From the IMG/VR virus record IMGVR_UViG_3300032030_000019: DNA of 64,000 nucleotides; one strand, 5' to 3'. The notes beneath the pieces were generated by a model. It had not been told where the DNA came from. It made no database searches and saw only the letters and a list, made by a program, of their open reading frames with translations. Both the position numbers and the translations under genes were made by a program. Positions 36,434-46,707 of the stretch are shown in pieces; the first letter of the stretch is position 1, and every line of letters starts with the position of its first letter. The stretch is from a virus. Lineage: Duplodnaviria; Heunggongvirae; Uroviricota; Caudoviricetes.

Positions 36434-37153
36434 TCACAATAACGTATCTGACTCTATACGAACGTAAGTCAGATTGTCAGTATTAATTACACCGAAGTAC
36501 CCCAAATCAGGTTGACTAGGATAATGTTGATAAGGTGGGGATACAGAATAGTCTTTACCAATTACCTCACCATTATTATTCTTATGTGGGAACTCTACCG
36601 GCGAATGTATATCCCCAAAAATACCCAACGTATAATCCCCAATAGGTTCTTGACATAAGCCCAAAGAGACGTGACCAAGTGCAACATCACAGTCCGTAAA
36701 TTCAATTTTATCCAAAGGTTGCCAGTTCTTGAAATGAAACGTACGTCCCCCAAGTTCGAGATGTTCATCATGCATGTACGTAAAGTTTGGTCCGTTAAAC
36801 ATGCTTATGAACGTATCATTTACATCGATGGTCTCAACTTTCGCGTCCATGTCATGTTGCCCAAGTATATAGAACGTATTAAACTGCGTTGTTAATATTT
36901 CTATAAAACGTCGGCATGTATGTACGACGCGAGGTGAGGACCGAGGTTTATTGATTATGTCACCCAAAAGAAACAAATTGCTTATATTCTCACGTTTACC
37001 ATACTTAACTAAACCTTGAGCAAACGTCAGGCATTGATTGAGACGATAGTCTTCGATATTGCCTGTAAGATCAAGCTTATCATAGTCCTCACGTGAGGGA
37101 TTAAAGTAACGGTAGTCATCAATATGAACATCCGCAATACAACATATTTTCAC
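36434..37153 (-). CDS. calcineurin-like metallophosphoesterase
   Basis: CIADVHID (DxH), LLGDIIN (GD), ILGQHD (GNHD-like), further His residues downstream. Confidence 0.75.
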   Translation of the reverse strand: MKICCIADVHIDDYRYFNPSREDYDKLDLTGNIEDYRLNQCLTFAQGLVKYGKRENISNLFLLGDIINKPRSSPRVVHTCRRFIEILTTQFNTFYILGQHDMDAKVETIDVNDTFISMFNGPNFTYMHDEHLELGGRTFHFKNWQPLDKIEFTDCDVALGHVSLGLCQEPIGDYTLGIFGDIHSPVEFPHKNNNGEVIGKDYSVSPPYQHYPSQPDLGYFGVINTDNLTYVRIESDTLL

Positions 37154-38481
37154 GATGTGCTCCTGTCATAATACGTAGAGTAAGTTCTTAATATTTTCTC
37201 AGCTGATAATTCGGTAAAGTACTCGCAATGATTAACCGATTGAAATACACGTACCTTAGATGGATCCACAAGATGTACACGCATGAATATCGCAAGATCA
37301 CGTGCAAACACTTCCATATCCTCATTATCTTTGACGATTATATGGAATTCGTAATCCTTGAAGTAGAGATGAAAGTACCCCCAGTGATTAGTTCCATCCC
37401 CACCTTGTCTCAGGAAATCGAAGAAGTATCGGTCTAAGCGACCTTCCATTTTTATATACAGTGGCTCAGTATTCCCCTCGAGCTCATACCTGCATATTCC
37501 ATCAAAGACATACCCTAGTTCCGATTTCATATAGTTCGATACACCACCAGGCCCGTAATATAGCATTGGATTAAACCAAGCAGCAAAGACATCCTTAGAG
37601 AGAATGCGTTGGTAGTCCTGTTGAAGACAATAAGTCATCTTACCACCACCAAAGTCAGATGAGAATACGAAGCGAACCTTTTGATTCTTTGCCTTGTTTT
37701 GCAACTCGTATAGATTCACGGACGGATCAAACTCAATGGGCTCGAGTGCGTTGTTTTTAAAGCGAATTGTGCGTGTAGCGATCCAGGCGCGTTCATGCTG
37801 TTGCTCCTCAGGGGATTTTTCACGCTCCTCACTTAAGAGAATTATGGTTATATCTCCGTAGCAATCACAAATGTAGCAACGGCAAACATGGACGAACCAG
37901 GAGTTCAGCTGTAGTTTATTCGCGAGTTCCATCATATACACGAATTCATTCGACCCGTTTTTTTTGGCTTCGCACCCCTGTAGATAACAAGCATGCACGT
38001 GATTCTCAAATTCCTTCTCATTGAATGTGCACATATTGAAGTGTTCATTAAGATGCCGATATTGTCTTTCATCAGCCCCTGAATGATCAAACTTGATGAC
38101 TATTGGGGAATGTTCCTCATCAGTAATATAATGGTCAATGAAATCACGAAAGAATATCATATCCGTAAAGACTGGTATGGCATATCCAATATCACGTAAA
38201 GTCTTTTCAAGTATTGCCTTAATATTCGGACGATAATCCAATGTAATATCAAAGATTGCAATGATATTCATATCATTTTGAGGATACAGTTTGTGTAAAC
38301 GTAAAAACGTAATCATATCTTTCGTTACTGTTGCCAAGACTACACGTTTAGATTTGAGATAATCAATAGGCTTCCATAGCTCAGGGATATCCATTGTACA
38401 CCAATTAGTACAATTTGACTCCATAGGGTTCCAGGGAACAGGTGTTTGAGAGGACATTTCCTGTGGCTGTAATTCATTCAT
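37150..38481 (-). CDS. hypothetical protein (about 443 aa)
   Basis: start moved to MNELQPQ with GAGGAG 7 nt upstream and right after the upstream stop; central Cys cluster HVCRCYICDCYGD. Confidence 0.45.
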   Translation of the reverse strand: MNELQPQEMSSQTPVPWNPMESNCTNWCTMDIPELWKPIDYLKSKRVVLATVTKDMITFLRLHKLYPQNDMNIIAIFDITLDYRPNIKAILEKTLRDIGYAIPVFTDMIFFRDFIDHYITDEEHSPIVIKFDHSGADERQYRHLNEHFNMCTFNEKEFENHVHACYLQGCEAKKNGSNEFVYMMELANKLQLNSWFVHVCRCYICDCYGDITIILLSEEREKSPEEQQHERAWIATRTIRFKNNALEPIEFDPSVNLYELQNKAKNQKVRFVFSSDFGGGKMTYCLQQDYQRILSKDVFAAWFNPMLYYGPGGVSNYMKSELGYVFDGICRYELEGNTEPLYIKMEGRLDRYFFDFLRQGGDGTNHWGYFHLYFKDYEFHIIVKDNEDMEVFARDLAIFMRVHLVDPSKVRVFQSVNHCEYFTELSAEKILRTYSTYYDRSTS

Positions 38482-39184
38482 AAGATTGCTCCTCTTCATC
38501 CATTGGGTCACTTTTCCACTTAAACGCATACGGTATCTGTTGTTCAGAAAAACCAAGACTTTGTTTTTCTTTCTGATTTTTCTTGATAAGCTGTAGAATA
38601 TCAGTCGTAGTGAGCCCATATGGAGATAAGTATTGATTGCGAACTATGTAATACCCTGATTTAGGGTTCCATTTAAAATACTTCTTCAGATATTCCAATT
38701 CAATGTAAGCTCTGAAATCCTTATCCCCATAATCATCCTGTGTCAATAAAGCAAGAATACCAAGAATAGTAATATCATGTCTCTGGATCCGATATTTTTC
38801 TTGTTTCTTCTTTCGCTTATTCCCCTCGTTTTTCACAGATAACCCCGGATATTCAAGTAAACCTCGCATGCGCCCTGGTTTCGAAAACACGAGAACACCA
38901 TTGATCAAAATAAAGAACCTTCCGTAATCAGCACTAAAATCTAGACAATTCAGAGATGGATCTCCTTCGATAATGACCATTTGTTTCTGAAGATTATGGA
39001 TGTTTTCGAACGACAAGTCATATGGTCTGTATTCAACTCTTTTTTGACTAAGATCACTAAAATTAAATCGGCTAACATACGGCTCGTCATACGACATTGT
39101 GTGCCTGTCATTTGGATCATACAATACTCGCTTATCAAGAGTCGGATCCATCATATGATCCAGTTTTTCCAACAAATTCATCAT
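38474..39184 (-). CDS. hypothetical protein (236 aa)
   Basis: ORF. Confidence 0.45.
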   Translation of the reverse strand: MMNLLEKLDHMMDPTLDKRVLYDPNDRHTMSYDEPYVSRFNFSDLSQKRVEYRPYDLSFENIHNLQKQMVIIEGDPSLNCLDFSADYGRFFILINGVLVFSKPGRMRGLLEYPGLSVKNEGNKRKKKQEKYRIQRHDITILGILALLTQDDYGDKDFRAYIELEYLKKYFKWNPKSGYYIVRNQYLSPYGLTTTDILQLIKKNQKEKQSLGFSEQQIPYAFKWKSDPMDEEEQSYE

Positions 39185-39194
39185 TTCTTACTCC

Positions 39195-42100
39195 CTACCC
39201 TGCAAGTAGCTTATTAGCAATATCTACAGGATATATTTTTGATGGATTATCACGTATATGAAGACTCTGTTTATTTTGAGCCTTCTCCTCATCATCCTCC
39301 ATTCCTGGTATTAAATGTTCATCCCATCGCTTTACCTTGTCAAAATACGATGGAATACCCAATGGCTTTGTTGCAGTTTCAATACCACGTACGTGACGAT
39401 TTACCTTAAATTTTACAGTACGTATATACGGACTCAAAAACTCAGGATAATCACAAATATAATGTGGTTTCGCACGTGGCCCACCTGTTGGGTTCTTAAT
39501 GAACTCGCCGATAGGATCCACTAACCCTTTATCAGGATTATCCGTTATCTCATCCTCAAGTATTGTAATATCAGGCTCAGTCAAATATGTAAAGACATAA
39601 TCCACAGAACCTTTTGGACCTGAGATCTTACCTTCCATTGTCTCAACATCAAGAGAATACGACATATGCTCACATGAATTGTACAAAATATCCAAGTCAT
39701 ATTTAAAGTCGATGCCATACTTCTCGAAAATGTACTTGCGGAAGTAGTTGCGATAACATATGTCGGCTTCAAACAAGTCACGTATAGGCAAGTTATTCTG
39801 ATTTGAGTCATGTATAACGCTTTCAGCACTAACGTCAATATCCAACGCACGTATGTTCATAATAGACAATTCAAAGCCCTCGTTCGCAACAACAGACGCA
39901 TTTCCCTGATTACCATAATTAACGGCCGTCGTAAATGCGTCGTCTTTGTCTCCATGTAAACGATCCCCTAAGAACGTTTCAATTTCACCCGTTTGCTGTA
40001 AATAATGAAGTTTGTGCTGACGTAAACGGTCAACTTCCCTCCACGTACCAAACATAGCACGCTTCATCTCTGTCACACGTTCCGTAGTTACACCCGCACG
40101 TGCAGCTAACCCTGCATCTCCTTGCCCATATATCGATGAAATCATACATGTTTTGGCAATCCCTCGATATTTAGCTTTAAAGTCGGGGTCGTTAACGTGA
40201 TCAGGCCACGTAATCTTCGCAAGCTCCATATACGCATCTTTGCCTGAGTTGTATATATCCATAAATACAGGATCATGGGATATATAACAAATTGAACGTG
40301 GCTCCATTTGTGATACGTCGAAATACGTTTTTATACGTCCTGGCTCTACGATAAGGCACTTCATTGTGTCGCTGTGTGGCAAGAACGTATGGTAGCCTGA
40401 CGTACATCGCTTTGTTGCCAACGTATTCATCGCGAACGTTGGCACATACGTATCTTTCGGACCATTATCAGAAAAATAGCCTGAATGTACACCTGGATAA
40501 AAGATCTTATGTTTACCGTTAAGTATGTTTTTCAGGTACGTATTCAGCTCTTTACTTGCTACTGACGCAAAATCCGTAAGAAAGCCAAGTTTTGCAAGAA
40601 GTTGGTACGTATCATCAGGAAGTTCAGTCGTCATATTGTTACGAGGTTCATCAAATAAATACTGAAAATATTCCTCAGCAAAAGTAACCCCGTCGCTAAT
40701 AAACTCCTTTTTCCATACGGCTGGCTCACGTTTCATAATAGACACACGTCCACCTTCTTCGCGTGAGTAGTAACTTCCTATTTCTACTTCAGGCATAAAC
40801 AAGTCTAATGCATCTGACTGGTTCAGTAAGTCTATTTTACTTTCAAAGACGGTTAGTAGTTCACGTATCTTTTCAGGTGTACGTTCGACATTGTTCGCCT
40901 TGATGTATTGCCACGTAGAGTACATAACAAGATAGTTATCCCTATATTCGTGTTTCAACATAGCACCGAAGATCTCAGGAAATTGATCGTTCGAGCTGTA
41001 CTTACATACTTTCTCAAAATACAGCTTATCTCGTCCTTCATAGATTGTACCAACGAACGGGTCCTCTGTTACACGTATATGTTCATCAAATCTTGTAATT
41101 TCTTCAGCACACGCACGTAAACGCAAATAACGATATGCGGATATTTCAGGATGTGTAATGCCGTCAAACTCCTCTGCAACAGCTTTAGGCACAATAGTAG
41201 ATAGATCGAACTGTAAATAGTAATCATCATCTAAATCCCGTAAATCATAAACCTGAGCAAGAGTGGATACCTGTTTCTTGGGTTCAAATATGGTCACCTC
41301 ATTATGCACTTCCTCCAATAACCATCTCAAGTTATTTTCAGGTATGTCTTCCGCAACACCATGAGTCGTTACACCCAAATCTATACTCACTTTCTTAAAA
41401 CGTGAACATAACGTATCATATAACGTAACCGTCACATCTTTCTTGCCCCTCTTCGTTTGCGCCTCAATTTTCGTCCCGTACTTTTTATACCATGCACGTG
41501 CAACATCGATTGCGATCCATGCGTCTTCCATACGTATATACTTTTGTAAAGGCGACCACATATACGTTAAACCTGCGTTCTTAATATACTCTTTTAACGC
41601 AATATAAACGTCAGCCACTATAAATCGATTAAACGACTCCACAAGTTCAGACAAATGTATCATAGTCTGTATAAACTTACCGATAGGTTCAGCTGTCTTT
41701 TTCTTACGTGTATACGAATCAAGCCCCTGTGACATAGCTTCTTCGTCTAAAACAGAAGAAACCTCATCACTTACGTCATATCCGAACATGTCATTCAAGA
41801 ACGTACTCGGAATATTCCAGTCAGGCTTTTTCGGACACAGTCTTCCTAACAGTATCTTTGTGATCTTCATTGGATCAGCTTGGCATACCTCAGGATATTC
41901 GGCTATAATACGTAAAGTCTGTTTAGGTATCTCGATTGTACACCACTTATTCTGCTTCATATACGAACGTAGGAAGATCTTATTCAATAAAATCTCGTAG
42001 TTACTACATATGTTTTGGCAATATTTCGCATACTTTGTGGCTTTCTCAACATCTACCTTGATCCCTGACATTTTTAATTCCATGCCCAGATATTTATTGA

Positions 42101-43319
42101 ACAAGAACACAGGATAACAGTTAGAACCGTAAGCGGGGAATAACTTCTCTGCCAATTTCACACCATAAAAGGCATCATAGCAGCAATATACACCCAGTTT
42201 TTCAGGATCACAAGCATACCAATCAGAATACTCATCCCAATAGTTGCTAAGAAGGTTAAAGAGATGTCCATTGTTATTTTTTACATCCTGTACGTAAAAT
42301 TCGCATGCATCAATATACGTTTGTGGCAATTTCTCTTTCGGATCCAACACCTGTCTTACGTTATCCTCTTGATCTAAACAGAAGTACAACGCGGACTTAA
42401 ATGAAGCAAACGTAGGATGCTGCGCACGTATGGCTTTTATGTATGCCTGTTCAGTACTCAACGTATCATTCCATGATGGTGCATGTAGGTAATACTGTAC
42501 GTTATACTTAAGTGAGTGTTTTTGATCGTCAGCTGTTGTAAGGGCGTACGCATCCTGAATGTAGTAGAAACGTTGGTACATTCTGTACAGAACCATCATT
42601 TCAAACGCACAGTTATACGCCCATACGTTTGCAGCATGCGTATCCATATATTGTTTGAACTTAATCATGAATTGTGACGCAAAGAACATACTGTCAGGTG
42701 TTTGTTTGGACTCATCGTAATCGAAATCCTTACGAAAATCAAAGAAATATGCGGTATCTTTAAGTGATAACGCAAATCCTGAAATCCTAAAATCCTCATC
42801 TTCAGGAAATCCAGCTGTCTCAAAGTCCAATCCTACCCACGTAGTTTTATCGGGCATAAATACTGTCTCAATTATACGTGTGCCTTCCTTCAGCCCAACG
42901 CAAATCGTCTCAGGCAAGAACGTATGTCCACCTTCCACCCCATCAGACAAGAAGTATGTGTATTTTGAATCCACCAATACATCCTCATCTACGGAAGGTT
43001 TGGTTCCAAATACGAGTACGTTCTTGCCTATATGGATTGACGGTAGGGCTGTAAATGAGGCATATGTAAACTTACGTAAACCTATGTGTATTTTTAATGC
43101 CCGATGTAATTCCAATAGTTTATCATATATTTTACGCCCATACGCAAGGAATACGTTATTCTCAGACGTTTGTATTAAATTAAAAAACGTATCCTCATCT
43201 ATCAACTCAATTGTACCCTCAGGAAGAGTTGAATAATGATTTTTAATTCCTCGATGTAAACCTTGTTTATCTTTTACAATATAGCGCATGTTATAATCCT
43301 TTAGAAAAGTTGTGAGCAA
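39195..43319 (-). CDS. family A DNA polymerase with 3'-5' exonuclease domain (1374 aa)
   Basis: Exo I motif GLDFETAG; motif A DVSQMEPR; motif B RGIAKTCMISSIYGQG (R..AK....G..YG); motif C VIHDS. Confidence 0.85.
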   Translation of the reverse strand: MLTTFLKDYNMRYIVKDKQGLHRGIKNHYSTLPEGTIELIDEDTFFNLIQTSENNVFLAYGRKIYDKLLELHRALKIHIGLRKFTYASFTALPSIHIGKNVLVFGTKPSVDEDVLVDSKYTYFLSDGVEGGHTFLPETICVGLKEGTRIIETVFMPDKTTWVGLDFETAGFPEDEDFRISGFALSLKDTAYFFDFRKDFDYDESKQTPDSMFFASQFMIKFKQYMDTHAANVWAYNCAFEMMVLYRMYQRFYYIQDAYALTTADDQKHSLKYNVQYYLHAPSWNDTLSTEQAYIKAIRAQHPTFASFKSALYFCLDQEDNVRQVLDPKEKLPQTYIDACEFYVQDVKNNNGHLFNLLSNYWDEYSDWYACDPEKLGVYCCYDAFYGVKLAEKLFPAYGSNCYPVFLFNKYLGMELKMSGIKVDVEKATKYAKYCQNICSNYEILLNKIFLRSYMKQNKWCTIEIPKQTLRIIAEYPEVCQADPMKITKILLGRLCPKKPDWNIPSTFLNDMFGYDVSDEVSSVLDEEAMSQGLDSYTRKKKTAEPIGKFIQTMIHLSELVESFNRFIVADVYIALKEYIKNAGLTYMWSPLQKYIRMEDAWIAIDVARAWYKKYGTKIEAQTKRGKKDVTVTLYDTLCSRFKKVSIDLGVTTHGVAEDIPENNLRWLLEEVHNEVTIFEPKKQVSTLAQVYDLRDLDDDYYLQFDLSTIVPKAVAEEFDGITHPEISAYRYLRLRACAEEITRFDEHIRVTEDPFVGTIYEGRDKLYFEKVCKYSSNDQFPEIFGAMLKHEYRDNYLVMYSTWQYIKANNVERTPEKIRELLTVFESKIDLLNQSDALDLFMPEVEIGSYYSREEGGRVSIMKREPAVWKKEFISDGVTFAEEYFQYLFDEPRNNMTTELPDDTYQLLAKLGFLTDFASVASKELNTYLKNILNGKHKIFYPGVHSGYFSDNGPKDTYVPTFAMNTLATKRCTSGYHTFLPHSDTMKCLIVEPGRIKTYFDVSQMEPRSICYISHDPVFMDIYNSGKDAYMELAKITWPDHVNDPDFKAKYRGIAKTCMISSIYGQGDAGLAARAGVTTERVTEMKRAMFGTWREVDRLRQHKLHYLQQTGEIETFLGDRLHGDKDDAFTTAVNYGNQGNASVVANEGFELSIMNIRALDIDVSAESVIHDSNQNNLPIRDLFEADICYRNYFRKYIFEKYGIDFKYDLDILYNSCEHMSYSLDVETMEGKISGPKGSVDYVFTYLTEPDITILEDEITDNPDKGLVDPIGEFIKNPTGGPRAKPHYICDYPEFLSPYIRTVKFKVNRHVRGIETATKPLGIPSYFDKVKRWDEHLIPGMEDDEEKAQNKQSLHIRDNPSKIYPVDIANKLLAG

Positions 43320-43837
43320 ATGTCATTATACTCTTGCCATATTTTGGTATTATGTAAGGGCTTACGTAATGCCTCACATATGCCTTTGTAATACCACCCC
43401 TGATCCACTTTACCTCGGTTGAACTTGGTCCAAACTATATCACCTTTCGTGTTAACTTCTTTGAGTAATGAACGTACGTTAGATAATTTATCAGCTAAGC
43501 AAATCATCTGTACGTCATGACTTTCTTTAGGTAATTGTGAGATCGTATGCAATTTACGTTGCTCCCACGTTTTTGTTTTATCTTCAGACTCAGCTTGTAC
43601 TAACTGCAATACGTACGGTCCGAATAAGTTCTTGATCTGTGCTGACGTAGTAGACGTATCCTCAAGTGTGTCATGAAGTAAGCCCGCAATTTGCACCAAC
43701 TCAGGTTCACCATTCTCACGTAATATACGTGCCACCTCAAGTGGGTGCACAATATACGGCTCACCTGTTGACTTACGTTGTTGCCCTTTATGAGCTTCGG
43801 TAGCAAATTTTTCTGCTTTTATATATAAATCTGTCAT
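43301..43837 (-). CDS. RelA/SpoT-type HD-domain (p)ppGpp hydrolase (small alarmone hydrolase)
   Basis: EAHKGQQRKSTGEPYIVHPLEVARIL...IAGLLHDTLEDT, the canonical SpoT HD signature. Confidence 0.75.
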   Translation of the reverse strand: MTDLYIKAEKFATEAHKGQQRKSTGEPYIVHPLEVARILRENGEPELVQIAGLLHDTLEDTSTTSAQIKNLFGPYVLQLVQAESEDKTKTWEQRKLHTISQLPKESHDVQMICLADKLSNVRSLLKEVNTKGDIVWTKFNRGKVDQGWYYKGICEALRKPLHNTKIWQEYNDICSQLF

Positions 43838-43846
43838 ATATCCCCC

Positions 43847-43880
43847 GAAAAAAGAAAGGGGCTGAATAACTCAACCCCTT
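43847..43880 (-). terminator. rho-independent terminator after the 5'-3' exonuclease gene
   Basis: stem AAGGGG/CCCCTT, then TCTTTTTTCGGGGG. Confidence 0.55.
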
Positions 43881-43882
43881 AA

Positions 43883-44929
43883 TTAAATACTCTTGAATCC
43901 CTCAACAAAAGAAAAATAATTTTCAAACCCTGTATCTAAAAAGTTATCAAAACAATAATACGTGAATTGCCCAGGCTCATATGTGAAATGTTCAGGATCA
44001 ATAGCCTGTTTCACAAGATCCTCAGTATCATGTTTGTAAGTCTCTGTTGATCCGGGAACGGTGCCTTCAAGCATATTCATAGCATAATACGCATCATGAA
44101 GTAATTGATAATCTATTAAAGTAGTATCGCCATTCATAAAACGTGCAATAGCCTCTGGTCGCTTAATGTTACGATGCGACCATACGCATGCGTTATTGTG
44201 CGATTTATGCATTAATTCTTCCAAGATTCCATATTGGAATCTTAAAAGTTTACATGGTTTTCCATACAGTTTCTCAGAAGCATCATTGATTTTCGTATTG
44301 ATCTCTTCGAATTCTTCTGTGAGATTATAGTAGTTTGACCAGTTATACGTTGAAAGAAAGTCCACCCCAGGGAGTTGAAAGTTTGCCCAATCTTTATCAG
44401 CCGTTAATAAAACAGCATTATTCGACTCATCCTGTTTATACAATTCTGATATCTGACAGGATGCAAAGAATGCAAGATCATCCGCTTCGTACCCTTGTTT
44501 GATTAATGAGTGAAATCCGTATTTACTCATATCCTTAATAAACTTACTTTTAACATAACTCGTTGTCTCAAAATTTGCTTGATCTAACCGTATTTTTCTT
44601 TGTTGTTCAATTATCTCTATAAGACGTAGTGGGGACGCGGTAGCTTTTTCAGCTTCAAGTGCGTCGTACTCCTCATCTGTTCCTACCCATCTATCCGCCT
44701 TATAAGCCTGTAATGTTTTGAGCTTGTGATATGGCGATTTATCCCATATGTATAAGGGATACATACAATCGCCCTCGTACTTTAGCTTCATAAAAGACTG
44801 CAATACTGACGAGAAAAGTTCGTGACGTGGAATTGGTTCCTTATCATACTTACTCGCCAATATTGCTTTATTACGAAACAAAATGTAGTTTGCGTCAATC
44901 AAGCCCCATTTGTACGCATATTGATGCAT
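43883..44929 (-). CDS. 5'-3' exonuclease / flap endonuclease (T4 RNase H / T5 D15 / Pol I 5'-nuclease family)
   Basis: GYEADDLAFFAS and LLTADKDW (GxEADD and TxDKD motifs). Confidence 0.8.
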   Translation of the reverse strand: MHQYAYKWGLIDANYILFRNKAILASKYDKEPIPRHELFSSVLQSFMKLKYEGDCMYPLYIWDKSPYHKLKTLQAYKADRWVGTDEEYDALEAEKATASPLRLIEIIEQQRKIRLDQANFETTSYVKSKFIKDMSKYGFHSLIKQGYEADDLAFFASCQISELYKQDESNNAVLLTADKDWANFQLPGVDFLSTYNWSNYYNLTEEFEEINTKINDASEKLYGKPCKLLRFQYGILEELMHKSHNNACVWSHRNIKRPEAIARFMNGDTTLIDYQLLHDAYYAMNMLEGTVPGSTETYKHDTEDLVKQAIDPEHFTYEPGQFTYYCFDNFLDTGFENYFSFVEGFKSI

Positions 44930-46119
44930 TATGTATTACTCGTAGGCATTTGAAATCCTGGAGTAAAAGATGTCTGTTGTGCCTGTATTGGTTGTTGTGG
45001 CGTAAACGTTGTGCTCTGTTCCCATGGCGGTACCTCTGAACCCAATGGCATGGACTGCGACTGTTGCTGTTGTTGTACAGGCTGTGCCGATTGTGTTGTG
45101 GAAGTATTCTGATATTGTGAAGCATACCCTACGTTAATTGTGTTTGTTGTAGTAGTTTTAGGCTGTTCCAATGATGTATATGGAGGTGTCTGTAATGTAG
45201 ATACCCCATAAGTTTGTTTCTGTGCTTCCATAGCGTCATCAATGTAGCTTTGTATTCGATTCGTCAAAGATACATAATAATCAGCATTGAAGGTAGTCAC
45301 GTCGGCCATTTGTGCGTACAAATCAGTACACTTAGCAATATCGGCTTCCGTAATATCAAACGGAGCTACATCCATAAATTGGACATTATTAGAATAACCT
45401 TTAACTCCTCCCGGAGGATTCAGTACGGTATTGACTGACATTACCCCAGTAAATGTACCAGGAGTATGCCCCATGAACTTAGCTGTCCATGCACCATTGT
45501 CTCGCATAGCATCAGTTCGCATTCTCATTGCATTGGTCCATGTAGACAAGAAACCTGTACTTATATGTTTACATAGTTTAACAGTCGGCTCAGTAATAAT
45601 CGACTTGCCCTGAAGGTCAGTTGCTGAAAGGATTTTTGCCCAAAAGAGAATAACCTGACTTCGGAACTTAACCCCTAGTTTTGTCGGCGTCTGATCCTGT
45701 TTAATGACACCCGACTTCAACAATGACTCGTAATTTCTCAATACATCAACCAACTTATTCATAATTCCCATCTGTTCAGGTGAAAGTTTCAACAGATTGG
45801 AAACAAAGTTGGATTTTGTCGGGTCGGCAGTAGGAATTACCGTATTGGTATAATCCACCCAAGGTTTGCCCTCTTGCGTAACCTTTGGTGTACCATCAGG
45901 ATTGTAAACAGGAGTTGACTCGAATAACTCATAGCCATAAGAAATAATTCGATACGGCTTACCTAATTCATCAGTTATCGGTCGTAATGTTACTGTACCC
46001 TGATTTTTCTGTGCGCACATATTAAATAACAGTGCGTCATTCTTGCCACTAGATGCAGTCGTCATTGCGTCTACCTTTTGCTGCATCTGATTAAAATAAC
46101 CCATTACATTTTCATCCAT
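44929..46119 (-). CDS. hypothetical protein with Gln/Thr-rich C-terminal tail; candidate ssDNA-binding/annealing protein
   Basis: sits in the exonuclease-X-RusA recombination cluster; low-complexity Q/T/P-rich tail (QPVQQQQQSQ...). Confidence 0.4.
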   Translation of the reverse strand: MDENVMGYFNQMQQKVDAMTTASSGKNDALLFNMCAQKNQGTVTLRPITDELGKPYRIISYGYELFESTPVYNPDGTPKVTQEGKPWVDYTNTVIPTADPTKSNFVSNLLKLSPEQMGIMNKLVDVLRNYESLLKSGVIKQDQTPTKLGVKFRSQVILFWAKILSATDLQGKSIITEPTVKLCKHISTGFLSTWTNAMRMRTDAMRDNGAWTAKFMGHTPGTFTGVMSVNTVLNPPGGVKGYSNNVQFMDVAPFDITEADIAKCTDLYAQMADVTTFNADYYVSLTNRIQSYIDDAMEAQKQTYGVSTLQTPPYTSLEQPKTTTTNTINVGYASQYQNTSTTQSAQPVQQQQQSQSMPLGSEVPPWEQSTTFTPQQPIQAQQTSFTPGFQMPTSNT

Positions 46120-46170
46120 AAGCTTAAATCTCCAAAATATAAAAAATATAAACCAAAATAAAGAAAAAAA

Positions 46171-46707
46171 TTAATCTTCCAAGTCCACTACTTCCGTCGA
46201 TGTCTCTTGCGTTTGATTCTCAAGAGGGTGTTTCAGTGGACTTGTCATGAGATCACCCTTTGAAAACAAACAACCAAATACGTAGTCCTCAATTTCCTTA
46301 CGTATTTCATCAGGACAGGCATTAACAAACTCAGCTAAGTCTTTGTGACGTATACTGTACAAAAACATAATGAGTCGTTTAATGTCATTGTTCATTGCCG
46401 TACCGAAGAGACCACGATACGGCATACTATCACGAATGAGACGTTGCTCTGTAAAGTCAACAAACTCGGGACGTATTGTTAAAGTCATATCGAGTTTATG
46501 ATCGTACGGATCAACATTCTCATCCTGTAGCACTTTAAAAATGTAGTACTGATCATTATTGTAGTACTGATAGGCACCATAGTTGTTAAACTCAACGTAT
46601 ATACCTTCAGGTACACGTTTCATGTCATAATATTCAAACGTATACATAGGTGTATTCGTAGCATTTAGTAGCAACATATTGAACTCAAAATCGTTTATTA
46701 ATGACAT
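46171..46707 (-). CDS. hypothetical protein (178 aa)
   Basis: ORF. Confidence 0.45.
   Translation of the reverse strand: MSLINDFEFNMLLLNATNTPMYTFEYYDMKRVPEGIYVEFNNYGAYQYYNNDQYYIFKVLQDENVDPYDHKLDMTLTIRPEFVDFTEQRLIRDSMPYRGLFGTAMNNDIKRLIMFLYSIRHKDLAEFVNACPDEIRKEIEDYVFGCLFSKGDLMTSPLKHPLENQTQETSTEVVDLED

Noticed and set aside
37150-38481. RNA or DNA ligase partner for the kinase and phosphoesterase pair
   Set aside because: No KxDG(x)R nucleotidyltransferase motif I: KFDHSG and KMEGR do not fit. The function is left unassigned.
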